A DNA stretch of 63,829 nt, counting the filler, from Octopus bimaculoides (taxonomy: Eukaryota), in assembly GCF_001194135.2 (NCBI RefSeq). It is 7 parts of 6 records of this genome, joined end to end, with 100 filler letters (N's around TTAATTAATTAA, not from the genome) between each part and the next. Parts side by side here need not be neighbours in the genome. Positions count along the whole stretch, not along the records: positions 33,260 to 47,684 come from NC_068986.1; positions 47,785 to 51,725 come from NC_068989.1; positions 51,826 to 59,169 come from NC_069004.1; 4 more parts are not named here. One strand, 5' to 3'. The notes under the pieces were generated by a model that was not told where the DNA came from, ran no database searches, and worked only from the letters and a program-made list of their open reading frames with translations. Both the position numbers and the translations under genes were made by a program. Shown piece after piece: positions 38,713 to 52,659 of this stretch. Every line of letters begins with the position of its first letter. The stretch's first letter is position 1.

Positions 38713-39131
38713 GTAAAAATATGTGACACTTATTCAGTAGCCATGATAAAACATACTCACAAGCGCGCACATATAAGGTTCCTTGTACGTGTCTATAGGC
38801 GTACAAGAAAAAAAAACAGGGTGGAGGGGAGAAAGCAGAAAAAATATGTGTGAAAAAATATAAAAACATTAACCCTATAATTATGTAAAAAACATAAAAA
38901 TAAATAAAAAATATTAAAAAATATAAAAATTTAAAATCCAAGTAAAAAATGCGAAAAGCTTATAATTAGACACAATATAGAAACCTACCAGTACAGTCCC
39001 ATAAGCAGGTCCTATCAGTAAAATTATTAAAAAATATTAAATATATATATAAGAAATGTAAGTAATAAGTATAGAGGGATAAAAAGTTTATAGATAGACA
39101 CAAAAATAGAAAGCAACTCCTATAAGTAAAC

Positions 39132-39962
39132 TCACGGGGACCAAAAACGTAGCAAATATTTGGTCACATGTGGACATGATCCGAAAAGTTCAGTCTTTGA
39201 ATTTAAACATGTGGTGGGGTCTAAGCTGCCTTTCCAGATGAGCCATCTTTCCATATCACATAGACCGCACCTTCCGCTGCCGCTGGTGTAAGGTCTACAC
39301 TTGGCTAGGTTCTTCCAATGGATGTTGTAACTGTCACCTTTATCTTTTAAAGACCATATATGACTGGATAATCTGGTCGTTTTTCTTTTGTCCCAGTGCC
39401 TGAAACTCAAAGTGTGATTATTGAATCTGGCTTTGAAATTACCCTCCGTGAGGTCCACGTATTTCTTCGTGGAAACTGCGTCCTTAATGGATACAGAGTC
39501 TACAGTGGCCTCATAAATGATGGTTTCGGACATGCAAGCTCCATTTAGCGGGCACAAGTTTTTATCCCTGCATGAACAGCTGGTTTCATATTGCGGCATT
39601 TGTGTGTTGTGTGTGATTATGTTCTTAAAATTAGCAGTTGAGCTGAAACTGATTTTTAAGTTATGTCTGTTGAAGATCTTTCTATAATTATGGTTAACTG
39701 GAAAGTGTCTGTCTATCAGTGCCAAGAAATATTTGCCTATATTAAAGGTCACTTCGGATGAGTAGGGGGGTGTAAACCAGTTGATTTTCCTATTCCTATG
39801 CTTTTTTCTCTTTGCAACTGGACTGGTGGTAGGTATATAGGTTATTTCTTCGTTAAAACCATTATCTTTTAGAGCCTTATTATATACTGGGGCAACGCTA
39901 TTGAAAATGTCCCTATATATAAAATAACGAGTATTTGCTAACATGTGTAACACTGGTAACAT
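39132..39962 (-). mobile_element. Penelope-like element (Naiad-like), linker plus GIY-YIG endonuclease, 5'-truncated
   Basis: 276-aa ORF with INWFTPPYS, KIFNRHNLKISFS, CSCRDKNLCPLNGAC (CxCx5C), IIYEA...KYVDLTEGNFKARFNNH, LSSHIWSLK, CGLCDME, LNSKTELFGSCPH. Homology starts near DIFNSVAPVYNKAL; no RT present. Confidence 0.93.
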
Positions 39963-41280
39963 TTCTTTGTCAACAAGATTTCGAAAGCCACACCGCCGTC
40001 ATCACCTTATAATTTTCCATTGGAAGATGAACTTAGAACGCAGAGTTAGAACAGACAGCAGTATATAGGTCTGTCGGAAACTCTGAACTTTAACGATCAC
40101 TTTAAGACCTGGCGAGAATGGCTAAGAGCTGTTTCATTAATCAATTAATTAATTAATTAATTGATTGAGCGCATGCATCCCAAATAATGCTGTAGAAAAG
40201 GAACTCTTCCTCTAGGCTTCCGGAACGATCGCATCTGTGAAGAAAGTTAGGTAATGGCAACATCATCTTTACTTTTTGTTTCGTTGCTCTCAGTCTCTCT
40301 CTCTCTCTCCTTACATCCATGTACATACATACATACATACATACATATGTAGATGTACATATAAATGCATACATACATATATACATAGATGCATATATNN
40401 NNNNNNNNNNNNNNNNNNNNNNNNNNNNNNNNNNNNNNNNNNNNNNNNNNNNNNNNNNNNNNNNNNNNNNNNNNNNNNNNNNNNNNNNNNNNNNNNNNNN
40501 NNNNNNNNNNNNNNNNNNNNNNNNNNNNNNNNNNNNNNNNNNNNNNNNNNNNNNNNNNNNNNNNNNNNNNNNNNNNNNNNNNNNNNNNNNNNNNNNNNNN
40601 NNNNNNNNNNNNNNNNNNNNNNNNNNNNNNNNNNNNNNNNNNNNNNNNNNNNNNNNNNNNNNNNNNNNNNNNNNNNNNNNNNNNNNNNNNNNNNNNNNNN
40701 NNNNNNNNNNNNNNNNNNNNNNNNNNNNNNNNNNNNNNNNNNNNNNNNNNNNNNNNNNNNNNNNNNNNNNNNNNNNNNNNNNNNNNNNNNNNNNNNNNNN
40801 NNNNNNNNNNNNNNNNNNNNNNNNNNNNNNNNNNNNNNNNNNNNNNNNNNNNNNNNNNNNNNNNNNNNNNNNNNNNNNNNNNNNNNNNNNNNNNNNNNNN
40901 NNNNNNNNNNNNNNNNNNNNNNNNNNNNNNNNNNNNNNNNATATATATATATATACGTATGTATGAGCGTATGTATGCATATACACACACAACTAAACGT
41001 GCGTATATACGGACTTCATAATCTAGACGTACACACGCATATACGTTCTCATTATAGGATATCCTCTGTACGGACTCACATTTGTATACATACATATATG
41101 CATACATACATACATACATACATACATACAAACATATCCATATATACATTTTTGCACACACACATATGAATACATATATATGTGTGTATATACACGTACG
41201 TATGAAGAGAGTAAAGTGTGAGAGACTATGTTGTGAGAGAAAGAATGAGTTTGTTTGTGTAAGAGAGATAGAGAGAGAGA

Positions 41281-41321
<41 letters not shown>

Positions 41322-41555
41322 TGTGTGAGTGAGAGAGAAAGAGAGATGAAATAGCAATTAAGCGTCGTTTAATGTATACCATCATCATGTCGACCTTAAC
41401 ATAATTCAACAACAATTATAATCCAATTTACAAATATATTTGCATTCTTATTGCTTGTAATGTCGGCGTCTCGCTGTTGATTGAGTGGTGAACTCGGTCT
41501 GATATCTCATTGAAAGAATGAAAGTGAAAGTGAAGAGATGGAGCGGAGGAGGAGG

Positions 41556-41597
<42 letters not shown>

Positions 41598-42199
41598 CGA
41601 GAGAGAGAGAGAGAGAGAGAAATAGAGAAACAATGAATGTCATCAATGTGTCTGAAGCAATTTAGCTTCCAATGACCAGTTAATCAATTGATAATAATTA
41701 AGTATTGATTATACAATAATTAAACATGAAGCCATTAATAACCTAAATAGCGTTAATTATCTTTATCATCTGCTTGCTTATTCAGGTTTTTGACGTAAGG
41801 TCATCGTTACGTGATGTTAAAATGCTCATAGTTCGGTCAGTGTTACTGATTCATTGATCTCGCCTGCATGTAAATAAAGGTCAATTGAAGTAAAGGTGAA
41901 ATATGAAATATGATCACGTGAATTAGAGGTGTCTAATCGTAGTTTGTGTCAAAGATAATGAATACACACACACACACATACACACACACATACATACATA
42001 CACATACAACAACAACAACGAAAAAAAAAAAGAATAGAACAACAGGAAACAAAAATAGAACGATTGAATACAGAGCCAACACGTGTGAAAGAATTTATAG
42101 AAACTGGAGTTTATTGAAAAGATATAAAACAATTAAGTGAACTACATTTGGCCAATGGAAAGAAATAACAAAGGCGTGTTAGGAATCCGTTAGACTCTT

Positions 42200-43240
42200 C
42201 ATGGAACGTATCATTTCTGTCTGTGACCCTTCCGTTATCCATAACAATGAAACTTGCCTTGCCTTGTATGTCCGGTTCATCATTGTTGATGGTCTCCTTT
42301 GTCAATTCCTCTTGGTTAGTGGAGTGTACCGTTAATGGTTAAGTTTTGAGGCAAATGCTGGAACAGAAGAAGCGTTGCCTATGGCTACAGAATCGGTTTT
42401 TTTTTTCTGGACATAAGTTATATATATTACATAACTAATATGCTTCAAATGCCTTGCTTTGTCTATTTCCATCATTATTGCTGAGAATCCGAGATCATGG
42501 ATGCATGCACCATGTCTCCCCACAATCCATACCCCTGTGAACGGTTGTACATACAGCCAGAACTCTTTCGGTTCCTTCTTTGAAGTTGCGCAGCAGTTTC
42601 TTTAAGGTCTCCCCCATTCCTCGTTTCCCACAATTTCTGAGTCCTGAAGACAAACCCAAAACACTGCAGCTTTATCCTCCTGACAGTTTCTAAGCATTCT
42701 CTTTCTTTTTCTCATTTCTTCATAAACTGGGTCGTTCGTTAAATGGTCGGCTCAGCTAATTCCCAGAACACTTCGGTATCACCCTGATCCAAATGCTGTA
42801 TCGTATGCTCTTATGGTTCAGCCCTCACATTCACACTGGGCAACAATCAAAATTAGTATCATCAGGAGCTTTAGATAATCAAAATTATCTTATTAAAAGT
42901 CCTGTCTTTCCAGATTGTAATCAATGATTTTTATGGCTGATCTTGCCTTTCAGTTCCGTATCGTACTCTTATTTCAAGACTTCTCTTCTTATTTTTATAT
43001 GATGGCACCCAGATATTTTAACTTGGTAACTTGTTCTTAGGCGACTGTTTGGCATTGAATATCGAGTTGTTCTGGTATTCTTGTCGTTGCCATGACTTTT
43101 GTCAATTGCTAGAGTCGTTTGATAAAGTCTCAGTCAAATACTGATGTTCATATAATTTGTTCCCTCTTTAAAAGATTAAGTCTAGGTTTGAAATTAATAT
43201 TATTATCAAAAGGAAAATGAACTGTCGAATTGAATACAGG
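42200..43240 (-). mobile_element. Degraded RTE-type LINE RT C-terminal fragment
   Basis: Minus frames contain KVMATT...EQVTKLKYLGAII, a YGxWETW-like segment, HISY and a WMDN-like segment. Confidence 0.6.
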
Positions 43241-44785
43241 CTTACATATAGACTTCTAATTTGCTCCAGAGTCAGTCAAGGACTAATCAATCTATTGACC
43301 TTCAGATAAATTCAGAGTTTGTAGAACTGCACTATTTTCTTTGTCTTTCCTTGTTTCAGACGATTTGAGTGATCAGGTAGAACCATCATCGTTGTTTCGC
43401 AAATAATTAGGGAAGTGTGTTTGCGACGATGCTTTGAAAATGCACCGGGCATCGAAGAGTATGTGTTATGACCAGTTTGCCAAACAGGGATTTGGTTTAA
43501 TCGTTAGAGCATCGAACGAAATGTTTTGCGGTGATTAAATCAGTTTTGCGAGGCCTTATGATCAAATCTTGGCAAGGTCAGCAATGTTATTTATCCATTG
43601 GAAACCACTAAAAGAAATCTTACCAATCCAGGATTTGTACTGGTGAAATCGTTAGAGGGAACAACCAGATGTCTTGCGGTGTTCGTTTTGACATTTTGCG
43701 CTTTGAGTTCAAATTCTGTTGCGGCCTATAAGAGTGATAGACTTAATCCGTTTTTCGGTTTCATACAACCACCTGGTCTTTGAATGTGTCCTCTCCATTG
43801 TAGGCATTCATCACAAGTTTCTGGCCCGAGGCTATCTTCTTTCCTCCTTTCGATCAGTTTTAGTTGCTTTGGAAAGACCCATAAACCTTGCATTTTGTCG
43901 TCACCTGGCGATAAAACCCTTGTGATTTAAGAGAAATTTGAGTGTTATTTCTTGCAGAACGAGCAACCATATAGCGGTTCCTCTCCTGGACTTCTATAAT
44001 TAATTACCTGTTATCTATTTAAATTAGTTATGCCATTAAGAATGCGACGTTTGACTTTGTTACTTATCAAACAGTCATTTGTTCAAAAGGAGCATCAGCT
44101 CCTGTTTTCGTCGACTCAGTGGACACAAATCAATGAAATGCAATTTATCCATCTTTGCCGAGAGAATAGATTATGTTTGAGGGAGACTTTGTTGTTATTT
44201 CGAGCATATCAAGTAATCACATAGAAGTTCAACAGAAATAATTTACAAAAAAGACATAGCTGCTTAAAACAGTGGAGTTCTTAATTCACAGGCTAGCATC
44301 GACCCAGTTTCGATTCTAAGCTATAAATACATCGCTTGCCGTACTTCGTGAAAAATTTGATAAAAACCAACTTGCATAGATTGAGTTTTTCCTTCCTTTA
44401 TAATCTGAGATATTTACGGACTAATCAGTATTAATTACGAATGGAACTCGTTGCTAGTCAAAGAGAGCTGGTAGGATCGGTGCTGCTAGAGGTGAAGAAA
44501 ACAGTTTACGTGTTATCTTTGTTGTTATTGTTGGCATTAATGTTGTTGTTTATGTTGTAGTATTCCCTATATTTTCTCACTTTAAGTAACAACCATTACA
44601 GGGAAAGATTTCTTTTCATTGTTCAACAACGATGCATTGTGTTGTGTGTAATCTTTGCTGTGGTTGTTGTTGTTTATATTTGGTGTTTTTGTTTGATTTT
44701 GTGTTTGCATTTTATCTCTGTATGTGCATTTGTGTGTGTGTGTGTGTCTATATATATATTATCTCAATATGTGCATTTGTGTGTG

Positions 44786-44862
<77 letters not shown>

Positions 44863-46829
44863 NNNNNNNNNNNNNNNNNNNNNNNNNNNNNNNNNNNNNN
44901 NNNNNNNNNNNNNNNNNNNNNNNNNNNNNNNNNNNNNNNNNNTCTTTTTGTAAACTCTCACTATATATATATATATGCGAATATTTGTATATGTATTTAA
45001 GCGTGCAAGAGATAGAGGAAGAGAGAGAGAGAGAAAGAGAGGGAGTGTGTGTGTGTATGTGTGTGCGTGTGCGTGTGTGTGTGTGTGTGTGCGTGCGTGC
45101 TGTGTGAGAGAAGGAGAATTAGTTTGTGTATCTGTGCGTGCGCGTGTATTTATCTCTCTTTGTAAATGTCCGTCAGTAAGTGTGCGCATGTGGAAAACGT
45201 ATGTGTGTCAGCAACTGTGTATGCATCAACGTGTCCGCGTATGCGTGTGCGTGTGTGTGTGTGCCTGTGGTGTGTGTGTGTCTGTTCGTACGTTTGTCTC
45301 CCTCCCAGTCATCCAATCAAAAACGAAGGCATATAGCAGCGTGTTTGATATCGCAGCTGCAATGACTGATAAAAATATTATCAATGCTGAAAATAATGTC
45401 TATTACACAGCCACAAAGTAATTTCGGGAAGTGTCTTTTGTTGTTTGTGTTGTTGTCGTTGTTGTTGCTGCTGCTGCTGCTACTGCAGCTACTCAAGTTA
45501 ATCTTGCTGGTATTATTATTATTATTATCATTATTATTATTATTGTTGTTGTTGTTATATTTTTTTGTTTTATTCATCACTTCCATTTTACTCCGTATAT
45601 ATGTTGGTCTGTGTATATATATATATATATNNNNNNNNNNNNNNNNNNNNNNNNNNNNNNNNNNNNNNNNNNNNNNNNNNNNNNNNNNNNNNNNNNNNNN
45701 NNNNNNNNNNNNNNNNNNNNNNNNNNNNNNNNNNNNNNNNNNNNNNNNNNNNNNNNNNNNNNNNNNNNNNNNNNNNNNNNNNNNNNNNNNNNNNNNNNNN
45801 NNNNNNNNNNNNNNNNNNNNNNNNNNNNNNNNNNNNNNNNNNNNNNNNNNNNNNNNNNNNNNNNNNNNNNNNNNNNNNNNNNNNNNNNNNNNNNNNNNNN
45901 NNNNNNNNNNNNNNNNNNNNNNNNNNNNNNNNNNNNNNNNNNNNNNNNNNNNNNNNNNNNNNNNNNNNNNNNNNNNNNNNNNNNNNNNNNNNNNNNNNNN
46001 NNNNNNNNNNNNNNNNNNNNNNNNNNNNNNNNNNNNNNNNNNNNNNNNNNNNNNNNNNNNNNNNNNNNNNNNNNNNNNNNNNNNNNNNNNNNNNNNNNNN
46101 NNNNNNNNNNNNNNNNNNNNNNNNNNNNNNNNNNNNNNNNNNNNNNNNNNNNNNNNNNNNNNNNNNNNNNNNNNNNNNNNNNNNNNNNNNNNNNNNNNNN
46201 NNNNNNNNNNNNNNNNNNNNNNNNNNNNNNNNNNNNNNNNNNNNNNNNNNNNNNNNNNNNNNNNNNNNNNNNNNNNNNNNNNNNNNNNNNNNNNNNNNNN
46301 NNNNNNNNNNNNNNNNNNNNNNNNNNNNNNNNNNNNNNNNNNNNNNNNNNNNNNNNNNNNNNNNNNNNNNNNNNNNNNNNNNNNNNNNNNNNNNNNNNNN
46401 NNNNNNNNNNNNNNNNNNNNNNNNNNNNNNNNNNNNNNNNNNNNNNNNNNNNNNNNNNNNNNNNNNNNNNNNNNNNNNNNNNNNNNNNNNNNNNNNNNNN
46501 NACACACACACACGCACGCACACACACACACACAGAGACACACACAAACACACACACACACACACGCACGCACACACACACACACAGAGACACACACAAA
46601 CACACACATGTATGTGATATATGCATCCGTTGGACGTGTTTGCACTTCCTGTTGGCACAATTTACTGCACAAGTTATGAGTTGACCTGACGTGAGAGAAA
46701 ACATTTTCCCAAGTTGCCAAGCAATGGGATCGAACCGAAGTTCTTAACGCATCGGTCTTTCTGCGCCTAAAGGCGCACGCACACGAGCTCGCACGCACAC
46801 ACATGCAGACACACACACAAACACACACA

Positions 46830-46895
<66 letters not shown>

Positions 46896-47240
46896 CGTGT
46901 TGAGCTGGCAGAAATGTTAGTACGCCGGGCGAAGTGCTTAGCGGTTTTCGTCTGCCGTTACGTTCTGAGTTCAAATTCCGCCGAAGTCGACTTTGCCTTT
47001 CATCCTTTCGGGATCGATTAAATGAGTACCAGTTACGCACTGGGGTCGATATAATCGACTTAATCCCTTTTTCTGTCCTTGTTTGTCCCTTCTGTGTGTA
47101 GCCCCTTCTGGGCAGTAAATAAATAACACACATGTACGTGTCTGTGACTGGGTGTGCATGCAACTGCTTATGTACGTATGTAACATTAGTGGATGTATAA
47201 CGACGAATGATAAGAATGTTGCCAAGAAAGCCAAAACAAA

Positions 47241-47278
<38 letters not shown>

Positions 47279-47421
47279 GCAACAACAACAACAACAACAA
47301 CAGCAACAACAAAAACAGTGCTTTACAAACGAAATCCCCTGAGATGTTTGTTCTGAATTGAATAACATGCACTTCCTTGTCGCCAATAGAAACGCAGTTA
47401 ATCAGTGATTGATCCACTGTA

Positions 47422-47480
<59 letters not shown>

Positions 47481-47989
47481 TGTATGTATGTATGTATGTA
47501 TGTACACTGACACACACATACACATATGTTTCATTTTAGATCTGAAGAAGATACCCTTGGACTAGAGGTTCCCTATAATTTCAGTCGATCAATCGATTGA
47601 TCGATAAGAGAGAACTATGAACGGAAGCCAAACGCTATCCGAAACAACTGTAAGCCTATACTAGATAAATATATTTATAATATTNNNNNNNNNNNNNNNN
47701 NNNNNNNNNNNNNNNNNNNNNNNNNNNNTTAATTAATTAANNNNNNNNNNNNNNNNNNNNNNNNNNNNNNNNNNNNNNNNNNNNATATATATATCTGTGT
47801 GTGCGTATGTGTGTATATGATATAATACAAATATGTGTATTATACATGCATACATACAGAAATTTCAGATATTTTCTTGTCTTTAAACAGACAGAAGATG
47901 AAGATGTGATTATGCTTAAAGCTCCCTACTAAGTTCATGCTTTAATAACATCGGGAACTTCTAGAGCTCTGTCTTATTCGACCCTGACA

Positions 47990-48320
47990 ATTTGGAGTTA
48001 TCCTTAAATCTAGCTGCTGCAGCCAAAACATTGAGTTTCTTGGAGAACGTCACCTCAATTACTAATGGTGGCTCATGGGTAGATGTTTACTATCTTCACT
48101 TTACTAATGTCTTCAATTATGTGCTACACATACGACTGATGGCAAAACTCTTTGTCATGTGTGTGAAAGATGATCTCTATTCAAAAGGTAGTAACGATTC
48201 TAGGACATTATTCTTCACCCTGTGAGATGACATCTGGTGTACCACAGGGACCCCTACTGTTTGTTACATATATTAATGAAATGTGACAATATATGTTTTT
48301 ATGCTGACAAGGTTGAGTGA
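47990..48320 (+). mobile_element. Old CR1-type LINE RT fragment
   Basis: FLENVTSITNGGSWVDVYYLHFTNVFNYVLHIRLMAKL (cf. FLEDVT...VDVIYLDFSKAFD.VPH.RL..KL), then TSGVPQG and a degenerate YAD. Confidence 0.75.
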
Positions 48321-48441
48321 ACGCATGTAGTGAGAGTCCAAAACAGTCAAATTTAATCTGTCAAGTGGTAGACTAGACAGGAGTTCCTAGTGCAGTGGCC
48401 GAATGGTTATAATTTGGAGTTAAGTACGTAGGCAGACAATT

Positions 48442-49543
48442 TTGGAATCTTATCGGTTTGGCTGCCAGCATTTCAAAAATTAAAGTTTACCGAAAATTTT
48501 AAAATTTAGCACACTAACACACTTTCCCAAACTGAATTGCTGGGGTTATTTAATTTTTTCCAGAAATATGTTTTAAAAGGTTATAGAGGTTTAAATTTTG
48601 ATCATTTTCACCCAGTCAGGAAAGCTAACATTTTGTGCGCGACTGCACATTCTATCGTCAACATCCTGAAAATAGCACGTGTTGTTAATATTTGTAAACA
48701 ACACGTTTTATGTCTCCGGTAATTTTCTTTCATGTAAATAAATGTTTATGTGAATTTAAAAGATTTATCTAAAAAATCATATTTAGCTGTTATTTTTAGC
48801 ACACAGCATAACCTCCGTAATGTTCAATGACAAAAAGAAATGAGTAAACAAACATTTAAGCATTCAATATGCATTTAATGCAAATGCGATGAACAACACG
48901 CTACATGCGATAAACACATTACAATTTTTAACAGAAAGATTTGGATGAAATAGATGAAAGTTTCATGTTAATAAATGTTTATGTTAATCTAAAGATTTGC
49001 CAGCAAAATCTTATAAAGTGACAATGTCCCAAAAGATGTATATATTTATATGTTATATATGAAAATAAGAGAGAACAAAATATCCTTCAAAATCAAACAT
49101 TTAATTAAAAACGTTTAATTTTCGGTTTTAGTTTAAAAATATGCTCCTCCGTTTTCAATGTTTCCATAATAGAAGCGAAGTTACTGGAGCTTGCTGCCAT
49201 AATTATACAGAACACAGAATACAGTGTCAAATTTGTCAACAAGTACTTCCTCGCAGATAAAAAACTTTTCAAACACTGCTCGGATTCGCTCGTAACTATG
49301 GCAACAAAGAATTCTCATGTTCCGCTTTTTACTATCGAAACAGGCATGAATGTGTCTGTGGTTTAGGATTGACAAAAAATACCAAACTTTTCAAACTTTA
49401 ATTGCTAATAACTCTTTATTTATTGATTTATAGCAAAAATTACTTTCTTGTCACTAACTAGCCTATAAAAGTGTATCATTACACTGAATAGGAAATCAAT
49501 TCGGACAGAACTGATGCTGGCAGCTAAACCGATAAGATCCCAA
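48442..49543. mobile_element. ~1.1-kb non-autonomous DNA transposon with 30-bp terminal inverted repeats
   Basis: ttggaatcttatcggtttggctgccagcat (48442-48471) versus reverse complement of 49514-49543, 28/30 identical; AT-rich non-coding interior; no clear target-site duplication. Confidence 0.8.
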
Positions 49544-50179
49544 TGGCATACGAAAGAAAGTCAAGAAGAAAGTGAGAACACTAAAATATGAATTTAGAAA
49601 AAGAATGCAATAAAATAAGGTAAACACAATAGAATCAATACATATTAGATAAAAAAAAAATGTTTATCATACAGATTTGCTTTCTAAAGCTTCGGCTGAT
49701 CATATCGTAGTAGCCTATTGAATAGATTATACGATAGCAAATAAGAGAGTAAAATAGAGAATAAGATAAATAAATGAATAAACAACGAAACAAATAAGTA
49801 AAATGAAAAATATAGTGAGTAATCCAAAAATATACAAGGTTTAAAGACCAATATGAGAGGCCTGGTTTGTTAAAGACAATGTATTTCTTTTAGTAGAGGT
49901 ACATAGCAGAGCGGCGTAAACTATTGGAATTTCATGCACGACTGATTTAGGACAGATATATTACTCTAAGTCAATTTATAATATCACCAACACACATACG
50001 CATAAACTTTATATGATTTTTCTCAGACAGATTCATATTCATACATTCACATACACACTCTGTCACACACACAAGTATAAATTCAAAGTACTTATATCAA
50101 ATAGCAATTTTATAAATAGTTGTTCATTTTGTTTAAGGGACCAAATCAATCTGTATCATTATTCGATCACATACCACAT

Positions 50180-50212
<33 letters not shown>

Positions 50213-50499
50213 TATACTTATATACACGATATTCGAACACATATATCGACTCATACTCTATCAAACTATCCCTCTTTAATTCTCAAGAATTATGATATAC
50301 TATACTATAGTTACGATTACATATGTAAAGGGAAACGATATATGAGATCCGAAACTAATATGGTGCCTGATAATGCAAAGCCGTGGATTAATGTTTTGCA
50401 AATATGGTAAAGATAAAATATTGGATAAGTAAAGTCATAAACAATTCTAAAATGGAAATTAAATGAACAAGGGATACGCAGCGTGAACAAAAGATATTG

Positions 50500-50925
50500 T
50501 TGTTGGCACTCCGTCGCTCACGACGTCGAGGGTTCCAGTTGATCCGATCAACGGAACAGCCTGCTCGGGAAATTAACGTGCAAGTGACTTAGCACTCCAC
50601 AGACACGTGTACCCTTAACGTAGTTCTCGGGGATATTCNNNNNNNNNNAGCACTCCACAGACACGTGTACCCTTAACGTAGTTCTCGGGGATATTCAGCG
50701 TGACACAGTTTGACAAGGCTGACCCTTTGAACTACAGGCACAACAGAAACAGGAAGTAAGAGTGAGAGTAAATTGTGGTGAAAGAGTACAGTAGGGTTCG
50801 CCACCATCCCCTGAAACTTTAGGTGTTTCGCTCAATAAACACTCACAACGCCCGGTCTGGGAATCGAAACCGCAATCCTTTGACCGCGAGTCCGCTGCCC
50901 TAACCACTGGGCCATGGCGCCTCCA
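50500..50925 (-). mobile_element. tRNA-derived SINE, family C
   Basis: Reverse-oriented tRNA-like head (gggaatcgaaaccgcaatcc...ctaaccactgggccatggcgcc); body shared with 57930-58090. Related heads at 17640-17915(-), 18330-18480(-), 57660-57800(+), 58095-58235(-). Confidence 0.8.
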
Positions 50926-51646
50926 CGAACAAAAGATATAAAGCGTTGCTAATCAAGTCGGTTGGCAGTCGCAACAACATCAGAACTACCTTTTGATGTT
51001 CAAAATCCCAGGCATTCTCAAGAGAAACCCAAGGAAACACAAAGAAGATAAAGACACCTGAAAAGATTAGAGACAGCTGTTAAAGAAAAGAAAGAGTCAG
51101 AGCAGAAGTATTACACAGATAGCAACAAAAGTGGACAATAAAACCAACGAGTGAAATAGAAATATCAGAAAAGATGAGGCGAAGAATAATAGTATGATTT
51201 GTTAATGAGTCAAGAGAAAAGAGATCACAGAATTGCGATTATAGGACAATGAGTTACTTCAGTATTGCAAAATGAACGTCAGGAACAAAGAGTAAGAAGA
51301 GATGGTATAAGACAAAGAGCTGTAACAGATTAAGAGATTAAACTGGATAACAAAGGTATACACTATGAGTAAATACAATAATAACAATAACTAAGAATGT
51401 ATAATAAGACAGATAACAAAACATAACGGAATAATATTGAGAAATAATATTTATAGGACATGAAGGAAGCATCACACGACAGGATATAATGAATAAATAT
51501 TTTTATATTTTCTGTAGCAATACTGCGACTCAATCCTGTGGAGAATTTAACCCACTAAATTACATACGTAGGCTTGTCACGTCCAGCAATAGTTTATTAG
51601 ATTGATGGTTCAGCTTCTACATTCCTTATGCACGCACACACACGCA

Positions 51647-51725
<79 letters not shown>

Positions 51726-51939
51726 NNNNNNNNNNNNNNNNNNNNNNNNNNNNNNNNNNNNNNNNNNNNTTAATTAATTAANNNNNNNNNNNNNNNNNNN
51801 NNNNNNNNNNNNNNNNNNNNNNNNNTAGGCTTGTGTATGTATATATTTTTTTTTTTGTTAGTTTCAGCTCAAAACTGTGGTCATGCTGGAGCACCGCCGT
51901 TTTGCTACACTGTTATTATTGAGAGCCTGTTATTATTGA

Positions 51940-52540
51940 TGAATAAGGAAGTTTAATGTCGCCGCCCTTATTTGCACTTCCTGCCGTAAGGTAGATTCAT
52001 CTGGGACTTTCGACAGGAAGAGATCCTACCTGGTCGAAAGCCACTAAGCAAGTAGTTTTCCCTCTGACTATCCGTTCCATGACTTTGTTGATCTATGAAG
52101 TCAGAAATATAGACCTATAATCCTTGGCATTTGCTCTGCTTCCTCCTTTATGGGTTGGGCATATTATTCCCTCCTTCAGTTTGCTTGGCAGCTTGCCAAT
52201 TGCAACACAGCTCTGGAAGAGGATCTGTAGTGATTTCGACAGGGCACGCTTACATGACGTGAGAATTGCTGGGAAACCGTCAGGACCAGCAGTTGAGTTT
52301 GTATCCACCTCACCTATGGCTAGTATTATATCATCTTCACTAATGTCGATGTAATCGCTAGTTATAGGTAAGGCGGCAAAGAAATCCACCGGTTTGTTCG
52401 TTTGTCTGTGTTCCAATGGGGTGGTTGAGACACTTTTGAACTGGTCATTCAGTACCTCACTGATTCTGGTTGGACTATCTGTGAGAGAGCCATCCTTTTT
52501 GGAAGCGGGAACCTATTTTGCAGCGTACTGAGGCTGTTAC
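51940..52540 (-). mobile_element. CR1-type LINE fragment (RT N-terminus joined to 3' end by internal deletion)
   Basis: ORF 52093-52416 STAGPDGFPAIL...LQILFQSC...KLKEGIICPTHKGGSRANAKDYRSIFLTS, then KVMERIVR and a KVPDE-like 3' motif. Confidence 0.85.
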
Positions 52541-52659
52541 TTTGGTATAATGAAAGAAGGTCTATATGCATATATATATATATATACACATATATTCAGT
52601 TAGATGATATTAGCATTTCTAAATAAATATTTGCCTTCCGCTTCAACAGTTGCTTGGTA

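Noticed and set aside
39132-39134. UGA ending the Naiad-like ORF as a possible selenocysteine codon
   Set aside because: It falls at the normal C-terminal position of this protein family; no internal in-frame UGA is present.
39985-40135. Hammerhead-like pieces next to the PLE 5' junction (GTGATGA...CGAAAT; GGAAGATG...GGAAAC)
   Set aside because: No consistent stem I or GUH triplet; at best a heavily decayed relic.
48040-48110. NGGSWVD looked like the missing Notch EGF7 exon (NGG.C.DG)
   Set aside because: No cysteine framework; flanks read FLENVT...VDVYYLHF...HIRLMAKL and SGVPQG, which is a CR1-type reverse transcriptase.
49690-50410. CTGATCA-TATCGTA...TACGATA and CTGATAA-TGCAAAG...TTTTGCA motifs
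   Set aside because: Stem II-like pairing exists, but G8 is mutated and the GAAAC and stem I elements are missing; not supportable as ribozymes.
50585-50695. Direct repeat across a 10-N gap (also 54165-54295 and 53495-53865)
   Set aside because: Typical unmerged contig overlap or haplotype duplication at gap edges.
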